Shown here piece after piece: positions 24,737 through 36,800 of a DNA stretch of 64,000 bases. The translations under genes and the position numbers were made by a program. The stretch is taken from contig CM060731.1 of NCBI GenBank assembly GCA_030704615.1, positions 16,492,001 to 16,556,000 on the forward strand, written 5' to 3'. The DNA comes from Takakia lepidozioides. Its lineage: Eukaryota > Plantae > Bryophyta. The stretch's first letter is position 1; each line of letters begins with the position of its first letter. The notes below the pieces were generated by a model. It saw nothing but the letters and a program-made list of their open reading frames with translations, was not told the origin of the DNA and did no database searches.

Positions 24737-27136
24737 TTAATGTCGTGACATGCTATGATCACAGATGAGAAGGAATTTTGCAGCGTGTTCTGCTCGCTCC
24801 ACGTCGCCACGAGTTCTGCAGGCACCAAGCAAGGCCCCCCACACTGCAGCACCTGGTTCAATTGGCATATTGTTGACGACGTTCTCTGCCTCATTCAGTA
24901 GACCTGCACGGCCAAAAAGGTCCACCATGCAGCCATAATGTTCTACAGTAGCATTGAGCCCATGATCTCGACTCATGGAATCAAAATAGTGCTGGCCTTC
25001 ATCCAGTAGGCCCCCGTGATTACATGCCAATAGAAGACATACAAAGGTGATACCATTTGGACTGAACCCTTCCTGTTGCATTTGTTCAAATACATGGAGG
25101 GCCTCCCTACCATACCCATGCTGGGCATATCCTACGATAATCGCATTCCACGACACCACATCCCGTACAGCCATGTTGTAGAATACTTGACATGCATCCT
25201 CCATGCTTCCACATTTGGCATACATGACCACAAGGGCAGTCTCCAGAAACATGTCTGTGTCAATCCCAGCTTGGATGACGGCAGCATGGATCTCTATGCC
25301 CTTTTCCAGAGCGGCAAGACTGGCGCACATATTGAGAATGCAAATGAACACAACTTTGTTGGGCTTGACACCTTCCCTTATCATTTGCTCATAGATGTCT
25401 ATAGCCTCTTTATTATACCCATGCTGAGCATATCCTGTTAACATTGCACTCCATGAGACAGCATCTTGTTGAGCCATATTGTCAAACACTTGACGCGCAT
25501 CCTTTAGGCTGCCACACTTTGCATACATGTCCACAAGGGCAGTCTCGAGAATGAAATCTGGTATAATCCCAGCTTTGATGATATCAGCATGTACCTTTCT
25601 GCCCTTTTCCAGGGTTCCCAGGCTGGCACATGCATTGACAAGGCCATTGAACGTGACCATGTCAGGCATCACCCCTTCCACTTGCATTTGCTCATATAGT
25701 TGGAGGGCCTCCCACCCACACCCATGCTGAGCATATCCTGCAATCATCAAGTTCCATGAGACCACATTTCGTTGAGCCATATTGTCGAACACTTGATGTG
25801 CAGCCTTCATGCTCCCACATTTGGCATACATGTCAGCAAGGGCACCCCCGAGAATAATATCTGGAGCAATTCCACTTTTGCTAACGTCAGCATGGACAGC
25901 TTTGCCCTCTTCCAGGGCTCCTAGACCAGCACATGCTTTGAGAAGAGAGACAAATGTGGCCCTGTTTGGCACCACCCCTTCCTGTTGCATTTTCCCATAC
26001 ATCTTAAAAGCCTCTGTACCACACCCGTTCTCAGTATATCCTCCAATCATGGCATTCCATGAGACCACATCTCGTTGAGACATATTGTCAAACACCTGAC
26101 ATGCATCCTTCATGCTCCTGCATTTGGCATACATGTCAACAAGGGTGTTCTCCAAATTAACATATGACACAATACCAGCTTTGACGATGTCAGCATGTAA
26201 CACTTTGCCCTTTTCGAGGGCTCCTAGGCTGGCACATGCATTTAGAACACATATGAATGTTACCTTGTTGGGCTTAATCCCTTCTGATATCATTTGCTCA
26301 TAGAGCTCAAAAGCCTCCCTACCACACCCTTGCTGAGCGTATCCTGCTATCATTGCACTCCATGAGACCACATCTCGGCGAGACATATTGTCAAACACTT
26401 GATATGCTCGCTTCATGCTTCGGCATTTGGCATACATGTCAACAAGTATATTCTCCAGAATGATATCTGGCACAATTCCACTTTTACTGATGTCAGCGTG
26501 GACCTCTTTGCCCTTTTTCACATCTCCTAGGCTGGCACACCCCTTGAGAACGCAAATAAATGTGACCCTGTTGGGTCTCACCCCTTCCCGTTGCATTTGC
26601 TGATACATCTCTACAGCCTCCTTCCCACAGCCATGCTGAGCATATCCTGCGATCATAGCGCTCCATGAGACCACATTTCTTTTAGCCATTTTGTCAAAAA
26701 CCTGTCGTGCATCCTTAAGGCTCCCACATTTTGCATACATATCAGCAAGGGCAGTCTCCATGATAATATCTGGTGCAATGTGAGCTTTAACAATGTCAGC
26801 ATGGACTTCTTTGCCCTTGTCCAGGCTCCCTATGCTGGCACATGCCTTGAGGATGCAAATGAATGTGACCCCGTTGGGAGTCACTCCTTCCTGTTGCATT
26901 AGCTCATACATCTTGAAAGCCTCCCTACCATAACCATGCTTGGCATATCCTGCTATCATCATATTCCATGTAGATATGTCTCGGTCAGGCATTCTTTCAA
27001 ACACTTGGCGTGCATCCATGATGCTCACGCACTTGGAATACATGTTGATGGAGGAGTTATGTAGAAAGATGCTTGGCTTGAATCCACTCTGGATGACATG
27101 GGCATGCACCTGCTTTCCCTGTACTAGGCCTTCCAT
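24737..27136 (-). CDS. PLS-class pentatricopeptide repeat protein (organellar RNA-editing factor type), ending in E1; possibly pseudogenising
   Basis: 799-aa intronless ORF of repeated P-L-S triplets (VVSWSAMIAGYAQHG / VTFICVLNACASLGALEKGK.VH / LETALVDMYAKCGS..DA..VFD.M), then P2-L2-S2 and E1 (VWGALLGACR). A decayed E2 relic follows out of frame; no DYW. Confidence 0.88.
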   Translation of the reverse strand: MEGLVQGKQVHAHVIQSGFKPSIFLHNSSINMYSKCVSIMDARQVFERMPDRDISTWNMMIAGYAKHGYGREAFKMYELMQQEGVTPNGVTFICILKACASIGSLDKGKEVHADIVKAHIAPDIIMETALADMYAKCGSLKDARQVFDKMAKRNVVSWSAMIAGYAQHGCGKEAVEMYQQMQREGVRPNRVTFICVLKGCASLGDVKKGKEVHADISKSGIVPDIILENILVDMYAKCRSMKRAYQVFDNMSRRDVVSWSAMIAGYAQQGCGREAFELYEQMISEGIKPNKVTFICVLNACASLGALEKGKVLHADIVKAGIVSYVNLENTLVDMYAKCRSMKDACQVFDNMSQRDVVSWNAMIGGYTENGCGTEAFKMYGKMQQEGVVPNRATFVSLLKACAGLGALEEGKAVHADVSKSGIAPDIILGGALADMYAKCGSMKAAHQVFDNMAQRNVVSWNLMIAGYAQHGCGWEALQLYEQMQVEGVMPDMVTFNGLVNACASLGTLEKGRKVHADIIKAGIIPDFILETALVDMYAKCGSLKDARQVFDNMAQQDAVSWSAMLTGYAQHGYNKEAIDIYEQMIREGVKPNKVVFICILNMCASLAALEKGIEIHAAVIQAGIDTDMFLETALVVMYAKCGSMEDACQVFYNMAVRDVVSWNAIIVGYAQHGYGREALHVFEQMQQEGFSPNGITFVCLLLACNHGGLLDEGQHYFDSMSRDHGLNATVEHYGCMVDLFGRAGLLNEAENVVNNMPIEPGAAVWGALLGACRTRGDVERAEHAAKFLLICDHSMSRH

Positions 27137-27821
27137 GTTGATGCACCCTCAACCACAACACCCACACCCCACTCAAACGCACACACTGCCAATCCATTCA
27201 TACCCCTGAAATCCTTACTAAAAGCCCTCAAAGCACACTATATATCTACTTGGACGCATCTGCGCTGCTCTTACCAATGTGCTCTCGACATAATTTGAAA
27301 TGGCTCGCCCATCATATCCAACTGTCTGATGTGCCGCAATCCCCATATGTATGCCCTCTTAGTGGTCTGTCGCTGCTACAGTCTCTTGACACTTCTGCTC
27401 TTATGCGCTTAAAACCAATCTGCTCCTCAATCTCTTCGTATTTGTTTTCCAAGATAAGACAGGCAGACAACCCGTACAAATTCACTCAAAGATTTCAAAT
27501 AAAATGTCATGAAATTAATTGCCCCGAAATGTATGTTCGAGAGAGAGAGTTAAGGGCAGAGTGCGGGGGATCAGAATTGAATCTGTGAAACCCAAATAAA
27601 TTAACATAAAGAAACCATCGCCCACTTCAGACCCAAAGCCTCTTGCATGCTCCACCATAGCTGCGACCTCGCTTTTTATACTTTAGCCTTCGGAGTCTCC
27701 CGAAAGCGGATGGGATGGATGAGTTGCGCTTGGATGGAACCCTCGTGGAGAGAGTGAAGGAGCCGAGGATTAGAGAAGAGAAGAGGGAGGATTGAGGGGG
27801 CCGCAGTCCAGCTGCTCTACC

Positions 27822-30800
27822 ATGCCGCCCTGTGCATGTGGTTCGCCTTCCCTGTCGTGGAGATGCCTTCCTGTTTGTGCAATGGGGGCCACCAAACCAA
27901 ACACCAATAATATCAAGGTCCCCTTCCCATAACTCGTCATTCCCCATCTCTCTGTACCTCTCCATTACTCCCAGATAGGTTCTCAAAATGTCTAGGTGTA
28001 TCTCTCTCCCTCTCATATTAAAGATTTATTTCCTTGTTTGTGTCGCATCCTCAATTCCTAGAAGCATCTCTTGCAGCAGAACTACGAGAAGTGTGCTTCT
28101 CCTCAGCTAAGATTAGGACGAATTTGTTTTTTTCCTCTTATATTGTGTTGCTTCCCCGAATATGTTTTTCCCAACCAGAGAACTGATCTTGCAAGATCTT
28201 GACTTACTTGATTCTAGCGGGACATGTTCAAACTTTGCAGTCGTTGGGAGATCGGCACCCTGATGTGGGCGTTAAGGGAGACAGGTGGTGGTGAAAGGAG
28301 CGGGGAAGGATATCGGCAGAGCAGCAATAGCCGCTGTAACTAAGGCGCGGGGCATGCAGCTGGCGGGGGCTGTGGACTCCGTCTTTGTTGGGAGGGATGC
28401 GGGAGAGGTCTTAAACATTTTGGTTGCTGAGCTTTCTCTTCTAGTAATAGGCTTGAACGTCCCTGCAAATCTGAATGTGAAACTGTTGCTGGAAATTGAA
28501 CACATTGCTGGTGCCAAATGGTCAAAGAAGTAGAGTGTTAAGCAGAGATGAGCGCCATGATCACTAGCTGAGGACGGGAAATGTGGGTCTCTCTTTGCAT
28601 CTGTAGGTGGCGGGTTTGGAGGAACCTCTGGAGTTGCCCATCCTGAACGACCTCGTGATGGTGTTGGGGTCCCTCTCCCAGGTATATTTCACTTCAATGT
28701 ATGAGCAATGGTCTTTCCTTACCATCAGCGATGCTTGGTTGCGGTGGTGAAAATGATTCCAATGTCCATCTGAACAACAGAGGATGACAGTTTGAAATGT
28801 TTTATCCGTTTTTATGAACTGTGTGGTGTCATTCCTTGACACTCATCCTGTGGTCTTAAGCAACTCTTGATACCAACAGTTTTCTCTCTTTGGTCCCCAA
28901 ACCTACCAGCTAGATATGGATTTCCAGAGGCTGTGATTGTTTAGGCGAAATCTGACAAGAGGAATCTATGCGAGGCTTTAGACAAGGAAGAAGATTGTGC
29001 ACATTTTGATGTAGTGAAGTGGTCGTGGGTGATTGGAATGGAGCATGCAGTCAACATCATTGGGAGTGATGGTGGACTTCTCAGATCCTGGTGAAGTCTA
29101 TGACAATGTTCGCCAGGTTATCAATCAACTTATGACCACATGCTGACATTAAGGAGGAACTGTAGGAGTACACAAACATCAAGGAGGCTTGTGAATTTGG
29201 GGAAAGAGATGGAGAGAGTTTATACTCAAATGATTATGCTTTCTTAAGACTTTAGGCAACAGACAATGTCTGATTTGGACAACCAATGAGATGCAGAGGG
29301 GAGGGGAATGTGAGGAGAGCAGAATAGGGTCCACGAACAAGCTCATCTTTTGGACTGTTCATTCTGGCCTTCTCTATTTCCTCTAGAAACCTGTCACCCT
29401 AGAATTCATCATGAGGGTGGGATGTTCCCACGTTGCTGAGATAGAAGAATGTACTCATTCAACTTTGCATGTGATACCTTGTGGCCACTTGCCCCCCTGT
29501 CCAGTTCTGATGAAACAGTGAAGGCAGAAGAACTTACTACATGCACAGGAGACCCATAGGGCCTTTGGAGATACAGTAGAACCAAAATTGGAGGGTACTG
29601 ACAGAATACATTGCGGGGATGCAGGCAACAGCATTTGGGATGAGGAGTGTTGTGGGGGTGGCCGGCGTGGAGATGGACGTCGTAGGAGCTCTTACAACCT
29701 TCTGTGAGAAGGCGAGCATGGTGAGCCATGGTGAGGTGCCCTGCTATACTTAGTTGCCACTCTCAGGCTTTAATATAAGATTTCTTTTTTACTATTTCCA
29801 TGTGCTGTGGCCCATGTGTGATGGCTCCTGATTGTGGTATTGAACCAAATCAAGCTCCACCTGTAGAGGTTAATCCTTTCGTGACAGGAGAGTATTTGTG
29901 ACTTAAGTTGCAGTCACCATGGACCTCTTTGTCCTTTTCCAGGGCTGCCAGGCTTGCACACGCATTGCAAATGCAAACAAATGTGATATGGTTGAGCTTT
30001 ACCCCTTCCCATATCATTTGCTCATAGGTCTCCAAAGCCTCCATGCCGCACCCATGCTGGGTGTATCCTGCAATCATCAAACATGTCCACCAGGGCAGTG
30101 TTCAGATAAACCCCCAACAGGGCCAGGGCTTTGAAAACATGGTCTTGGATGCATCGCTGAAGGCCACTCCACCCGCGAAAGAGAACCTGTGCGTGCAGCA
30201 CCAGGAATTCCCGGGAGGTCAGCCATCCCAGTACTATTCCGGTACAAAGGCGCTTAACTTTCAGAGTTCTGATGGATCAGGTGTAGTAGCCTTGGTATGA
30301 CGGCACCACTGAAGAGAGAGAGAGAGAAGAAAATGAAAGAAAGAAGCTTTCTGACACCCATGGGGCCCAGGGGAGAGGGACCCTGGGAGAGGGAGAGGCA
30401 CACCGTTTGCTTGGAAACCTGTTCTTTCATCTTGGCCTCAAGTTCTGCATCCTACAGGCCTAAACCCGTGGCCTCACTGAGGGCGCAAAGCAACCGTTTC
30501 AGTCTAAGTGGACGGAATATTCTCTTCATTAAAGCTCCCTCTACCACAAGTCTGTCTTCATTCCCAATCATGACTATGTCACCCATCCCAATGGGCTCAC
30601 AAGGGCACCTTTCCACATGAACCTCTGCAACATGAGCCCTACAGAAATGAGAAATTCTGATTGACCCTTTCTCTCATCAGACTGTTTCTGAACAATAAAC
30701 CTCTTGGTGACTTTTTATATAGCTCTGTTTGTTGGTGCACAGACAAGAATACGGCAACTCAAGCAGCAAATAGCTGAGAGAAGGGAGCTTAATGTGAAGG

Positions 30801-33800
30801 TCTTCCCTGTGCCAGGGGGTCCTTGAATGTGCCTCACAAGGGGGCCACTGTCTCTCCCCATCAGGCCTAGAATTGAACTTCTCCCAGCTGCTGTTTGTGA
30901 TGGGTTCAGACCCCGTGCACCACAACAGTACTTTTGAATTCGATCCTCCAGGCATTGCATTTCTGGGGAGTTGCGAATGCTCTGCTCAATATCCTGCCAG
31001 AAAGAAAGCAAGGGTGTCAGAGCGAGGCAAAGACTGTTGCTGAGATAACTTTACTAATCAACCATTCTTGAAACCATCTATTCCAATCTGTGTCTGTTGT
31101 ACTGTTCATCTATTCTCTACTCTGTCCTCCTTTCAAGTGGCCTCAGAATCTGGATCGCTGATTCTCCCAAGAGAGGTGAGAGGCCCACCTGTTTTTCGGA
31201 GTATTGAAGAATGTATTGTACCAACGGTGTAGCTTGGGGTTGGTGGAGACCTTCCCAGATTCGCAGCGCTGTAGTCAGGCTATCCAATTTCAAGGCATAC
31301 CACGATTTGTTTCCTGGCTTGAGTTCTTTGTACACTCTGTTGAAGAAATTAACAGTGACGATTGAATCTAAGTCTCTTAAGCGAGGCAGAAGGCCAAAGC
31401 TTTATACAAAGCCAAATCATCCGATGTTGTGCTTCTCTCTACCATCCTACTGACGAAGAGTATTGCACCCTTGCCTTCATTCAGGGAGAGCAGTTTTCTT
31501 CCGAAGACCAACAGGTATTTGATGCCATTGTGTTTGCGCTTACCCAGGGGTTTTATATCGCTGTCGATAGTTACGAGTGCTTGTGGCATATCTGAAATCT
31601 TGAATAAGCTTTGTGCGTGTCTCTTCTAGTAACCAGCAGCTAAGAACCTCCTGGTATTTCTCTAGGGAAGCAAATTGGAGAGGGATATCAACCTTCTGTT
31701 CATCACTACGGAGTTTCCATTAGAATATAAGCATACATGAGTGATGCATTGTCTTTTTCTCTACAAGAGCAAAGACATGATTCCACCATGGACCTCTTGC
31801 CCTTTTCCAGGGCTGCCAGGCTTGCCCAGGCATGGCAAACACAAACGACCAGCTTCGCCACTTCCCACATCATTCGCTCATAGGTCTCCATCCCACACCC
31901 ATGTTGCGCATATCCTGCAATCATAGCACTGCAAGACACCACATCTTGTTCTGCCATAGTGTCGAAAACTCCCTTTGCATCTTCAATGCTCCCACATTTG
32001 GCAAACATGTCCACGAGGGCAGTCTCAGGAATGACATCAGGTACAATTCCAGCTTTGATGATGTCACCATGGACCTCTTTACCCTTTTCCAGGGATGCCA
32101 GGCTTGCACACACATTGTCAATGCAAATGAACGTGACCTGGTTGGCCTTCACCCTTCCCACATCATTTGCTCAGAGGTCTCCAAGCGTCCATCCTGCCAT
32201 GCATGGGTGTATCCTGCAATAACTACGTACTACGGAACTGTCAGGGGTGGGCCATTCTGCCCCCTGAGCTGCCTGGCCGTGAATTTTGGCAAGGCGGGGA
32301 TATGGTCAGTTTAGATGAACTGCCCAAAAAGTGGAGTACTCGAGCATTCTGCGATGTACTTGTTCATACTGTCGTGCACTCCCTTTGCATCCTTGATATT
32401 CCCACACTTGGTATACATGTTCATCAGGACAGTGTTTACCCATGCAGGTTTCTTGTAGCTATTGATCCACAGGGAATCATAGGTAATCTTGTGCTTGAAA
32501 TCTGACCCTCTTGGATGAATCTGGACCCACACTCTATCCCTGCTCCTTCAGCTATCCATGCCTCTGCACAAATCATGCATACATCCTTGCCTTGCTGCTA
32601 GCAGCTGACAATGACAGCCTAGATTTGTTCTAGGAAACACCCAACTCAACTTATCACACTAGCTCGTATGCTCAATTGCATCTGCTACTTTCTGTAATCC
32701 AACAGGCATTCACCTTTTTGCCTCGATTGTCCCACCATTGACTGGGGTGAGAAAAGTATTCATTCCACAGCTTCTCCTCGTCTCTGTTACCTGTTTCTGG
32801 ATACTTTCCTGTTGTCACATTGGCAGTATCATGTCAAAATCACTCCAAACTATCAAAGGTTCACTCAACCAGCTATCTTGCAGAATTCAACATGAAAATT
32901 TAGGGCCACTGCTGCTGCGGCTTCCAGTTGACCATCTACCCATGCAGTTTCTTGTAGCTATCAATCCACAGGGAATCATAGTTAATCTTGTGCTTGAAAT
33001 CTGGCCCTCTTGGATGAATCTGGACCCACACTCCATCCCTGCTCCTTCAGCTATCACGAATCATGTATAGATCCTTGCCTTGCGGCTAGCAGCTGACAAG
33101 GACAGCCTAAATTTGTTCTAGCAAGCACCTCATCCCTACTTATCACACACTAGTTCCTATGCTGAATTGCTCCCCAGGACTGAAAATGAGAGAGGATGAC
33201 AATCCAAGAAAGCTTTGCGTCCGCTTCTCTCTGTAATCCAACAGAAAGAGTCGAGATTCCACCTTTTTGCCTCGATTGTCCCACCATTGACGGGGGTCCA
33301 AAAGATATTCATTCCGAGCTTCTCCACGTCTCTGTTATCTGTTTTTGGAGATTTTCCTGTTGCCACATTGGCAGTAACATGTCAAAATGACTCCAAGCCA
33401 TCACAGATCCACCCAACAAGCTAACTAGCAGAATTCAGCTAGGGATGATTCTGATAAGAGGGCAATTCAGGCCGAAGGTGGCCTCACCACATTGTTGTTG
33501 ACCTTGTGTCATGAAGGCACCTAGCTTTTCTTAGGATTCAACCAACCATCAACCCAAAAGGACCTCTTGTGTGTTCTGCTTGTTTGTGTAGTTGGGTGAT
33601 CTCGGATTGGTCTTCTATAACCACCAGAGTGCAGCTGAGCAGCCATAGATTTAAACACGGCCTTTTAAGTCCAAATTGACCCTCCCAGAACACCAGGATA
33701 AGTACCAAATGTGGAAGAGCCCACATTTGCGTAATGGACAAACTTCTTCACATTGTACATTATGAAAGCTAATCCTTGCGATTCAGGTTATCCTGCCATT

Positions 33801-36800
33801 GTGGAGGATCTTGAAAACTCTCAGGCTAGCGCTGTTCCATGCTCCACTGTAGACCTTTGTGCCTGAATATCCAACAGCATCAATAGGTAAGTTCCTTTAT
33901 GGAAGAGTGCCAGCGAGCTTTCAACAACAGTAATGCAAGTCACTTTGGGCTCCATTGGACACTACACAATGAGGAACATACGAGCATGCTCCAAACTCAA
34001 ATCTAGTCTGGAGATTTTGGAGTGGTCTGTGAAGATGACCAGGGAGCAGCAGCCAGAGTCTCAACCCTCCCAAGTAGTTTGCAAACTCCAGGGAAAAGAC
34101 CTTGCTTATCCTACTTTCATGCCCTGCAAAGGAAGACAACCTAGGATATGGACATTATAAACAGTTCTTGCAGAGCAAAGAACTAGGGGTACAATCCAGT
34201 CCACACAATATGATCATACCAGAGTCCAGTCAAACTCCCTCAGACTCCTTCTTATCCTACATGAAGAAAGCTCACCTTGTCAACGCTACAGTCCCACCTT
34301 TGTGAAGGATCTTCATAGAACTCCTGCCAGCGCCGTTCCATGCTCCAGCATTGAGCTACACGCCAGATAGCAGCTGTTAGCATCGTCTATCTATCCCGTG
34401 CACTTGAATTGCGCCAAAGACAGGGACTCTGTCCTCTGCACATTGCCAATGGGGATGCCGCTTTCAGCTTCACAGCCCAGCCCTTTAATCTGCTGCATGA
34501 CGCAAGGCGACCGAAGCGAGAGGACAGGGCCTTGGGTATGGAGTGGGCATGCGTGTTCAGGAGAACGCCAAACACACTGCCATCTCCGACGGTGGCTGAG
34601 AAAGTGGCAGAAAGATATTTTTTGGTCCGTGTACTTCCATCCCGATGCAAGAAACAATTTCAACAGCAGGCTCCTCTGTACATGGGAAATGATCATCCAA
34701 CTTCAAGTATCCACTCATATAGGTGTGAACTATCATTTGCTGCCCCATTTTTTACATCATTTTCCTTCTGTCCTTTCCAAGGACGCATCATCTCTCTCTC
34801 TCCTCCCGTCCCCCAAACGTCACCAAAAGGAGGCTGCTCTCCTTGTTGCTTTACTTGATGGTTCCCTCTCTTCTGTTGTTATTTTCCTTGTGCCTTTGTT
34901 TCTCTTAAAATTTATTCTTTACCGATGTGGCTATCTTATTATATATTTGGTTGCCTCTCAATGCGTCTTCAGAGTTTACTAGGCTCTCCTGTGACAATAT
35001 CCTTGGAAGAATATGGATACTTTCTTCTCAGGATCCTATATTAAACTAAATATCATGGGTAAAAGTAAGGTCAAGTTGCAGGTTAGCATTATGTAGCCAT
35101 TGGCAAGCACAGGTGATCTGCTGGACCTTGCTGATTATCAAAAGAGCAAAGAAGTTTTTCTCAATTCATTGTCACCAAAGATAGACACGAAAGCCATCTC
35201 ATGAGTGGGTCTTTTTGTGTGAGTAGGGTTGCGTTATTGCACCAACCCTATCAATAGGGGCAGCATTGCTGGAGCAGGCAGCAGCAGCTGCAGCCTTTCA
35301 GTACAACTATGTCGAGATCATTGAATCTCGACGTGACTCTTTGGTATGTCTGAAGACCCAGGATCTCTCTCTCTCTCCTCATCTGGTTCTGACCTGTCCA
35401 CTACTGCCTCATAGTTTTTCTGTTAATCAGATGAACAGAGACATAATATTTAATTATGCTGATCCTTTGAGTTTAGGCTTATGGGTATTAAGAATGAGTG
35501 AGACTCTCGTCATGACAGCTAGAGACCTTAAATTTTGGGGACTCTAGAAGATATCATTACATGCTATCTAATTTTAGGTCCTATCTGGTGGCCATTAATT
35601 GAGCATGGTCTCTTTCCCCTGCACCCTGCAAGAGTGCAGATAAAGAGAGAAGCAGCTCAGACTGCTTATCTCAAGGAAGGAAGGCACCCTCGGGTGGGAA
35701 ATAAGATAGACAACTGTGGCCAGATAGAGAGCATGAGCAAACAGCTCTCCTAACAATCTCCTTCGCAGTAATCTGTGGAAACCCTGGTGTGTGCATGCAA
35801 ACCCCACAAAAGGCTGAGTTTCCCACGGGGCCATAGCCGTAAGGCTATGGCAAGGCGACGTTCGCAGGGAACGGCATGAGTATATTCTCTGATTTTCTGT
35901 GGCTGCCAAACGTCTTATGAGTACATTCTCTAGGTTCTGTGGTTCTGCTGTATTTCTCTTCTCAAGTCCTTTGGTCTCTTTGGCCTCCCACAGGTGTCTT
36001 AAAATGTTTGCACTCTCTGTAAATCGCTAAAACACTCATTTTGGAAACTTCTTTTCCTTTCCTTCCCATTCTCTCTGTTTTCCCGTTTTTGTAACACTTT
36101 GTGATGTTGTTGCAAGGGACACAGAGACACCATGCTAAAATGAGTCCCAAAAATTCAAGAGAGCTGGGCATCCCAACTTACTGGGTCCACATTGTCCTGG
36201 AATTTGTACCATTTGTTCTACCGTGTGAGCCTTTGGTATTTTTGGGCTGTGTACAGTGACCCTAACTCCATGTTGCCCTTGTCAGGAGTATCCATCAGAA
36301 GAGGCAGTGCGGCTTGCTACCAGCCTTTCGGGCTTGGGCCAAGTCTACAATGATGGCAACGTCGCAAAAGATTTCCCGGTTTCACTTCTCTTTCTCTCTT
36401 TTTGTTGTTAGCAAGGCAGATAAAATAAACTCCCCCAAAAAGCGTGATCGGAGTCTTTGAGATACCCAGTGGTTCATCTTTTGAGTACTGAGCTATAATA
36501 CAGTAGCTTGGAATGGATGGTTTGCAACCCCTCCCACACCTTTTCTTCTGTCTCTTTGTGCTTTTAGCAAGGCAAATCAGACATACTCCTCCAAAAAGAG
36601 TCTGATCAGAGTCTTTGAGAAACCCAGCAGTTCATTGTTTGAATTTCGGGCAATAATACAGTAGCTTGGAATGGTGACGTTAGGAACTACCCTACACCTT
36701 GACACAAACATCCATTGCGATCCCATTGCAGTCGGAGGAAATGTTGCTTAAAAGATCTGGATCTTCGAAGACTGTCAGTGAGCATTTCCTGCCTAGTGGT

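Noticed and set aside
28285-29720. CRR1 as a truncated pseudogene
   Set aside because: The remaining five exons were found at 35227-37676 and splice in frame.
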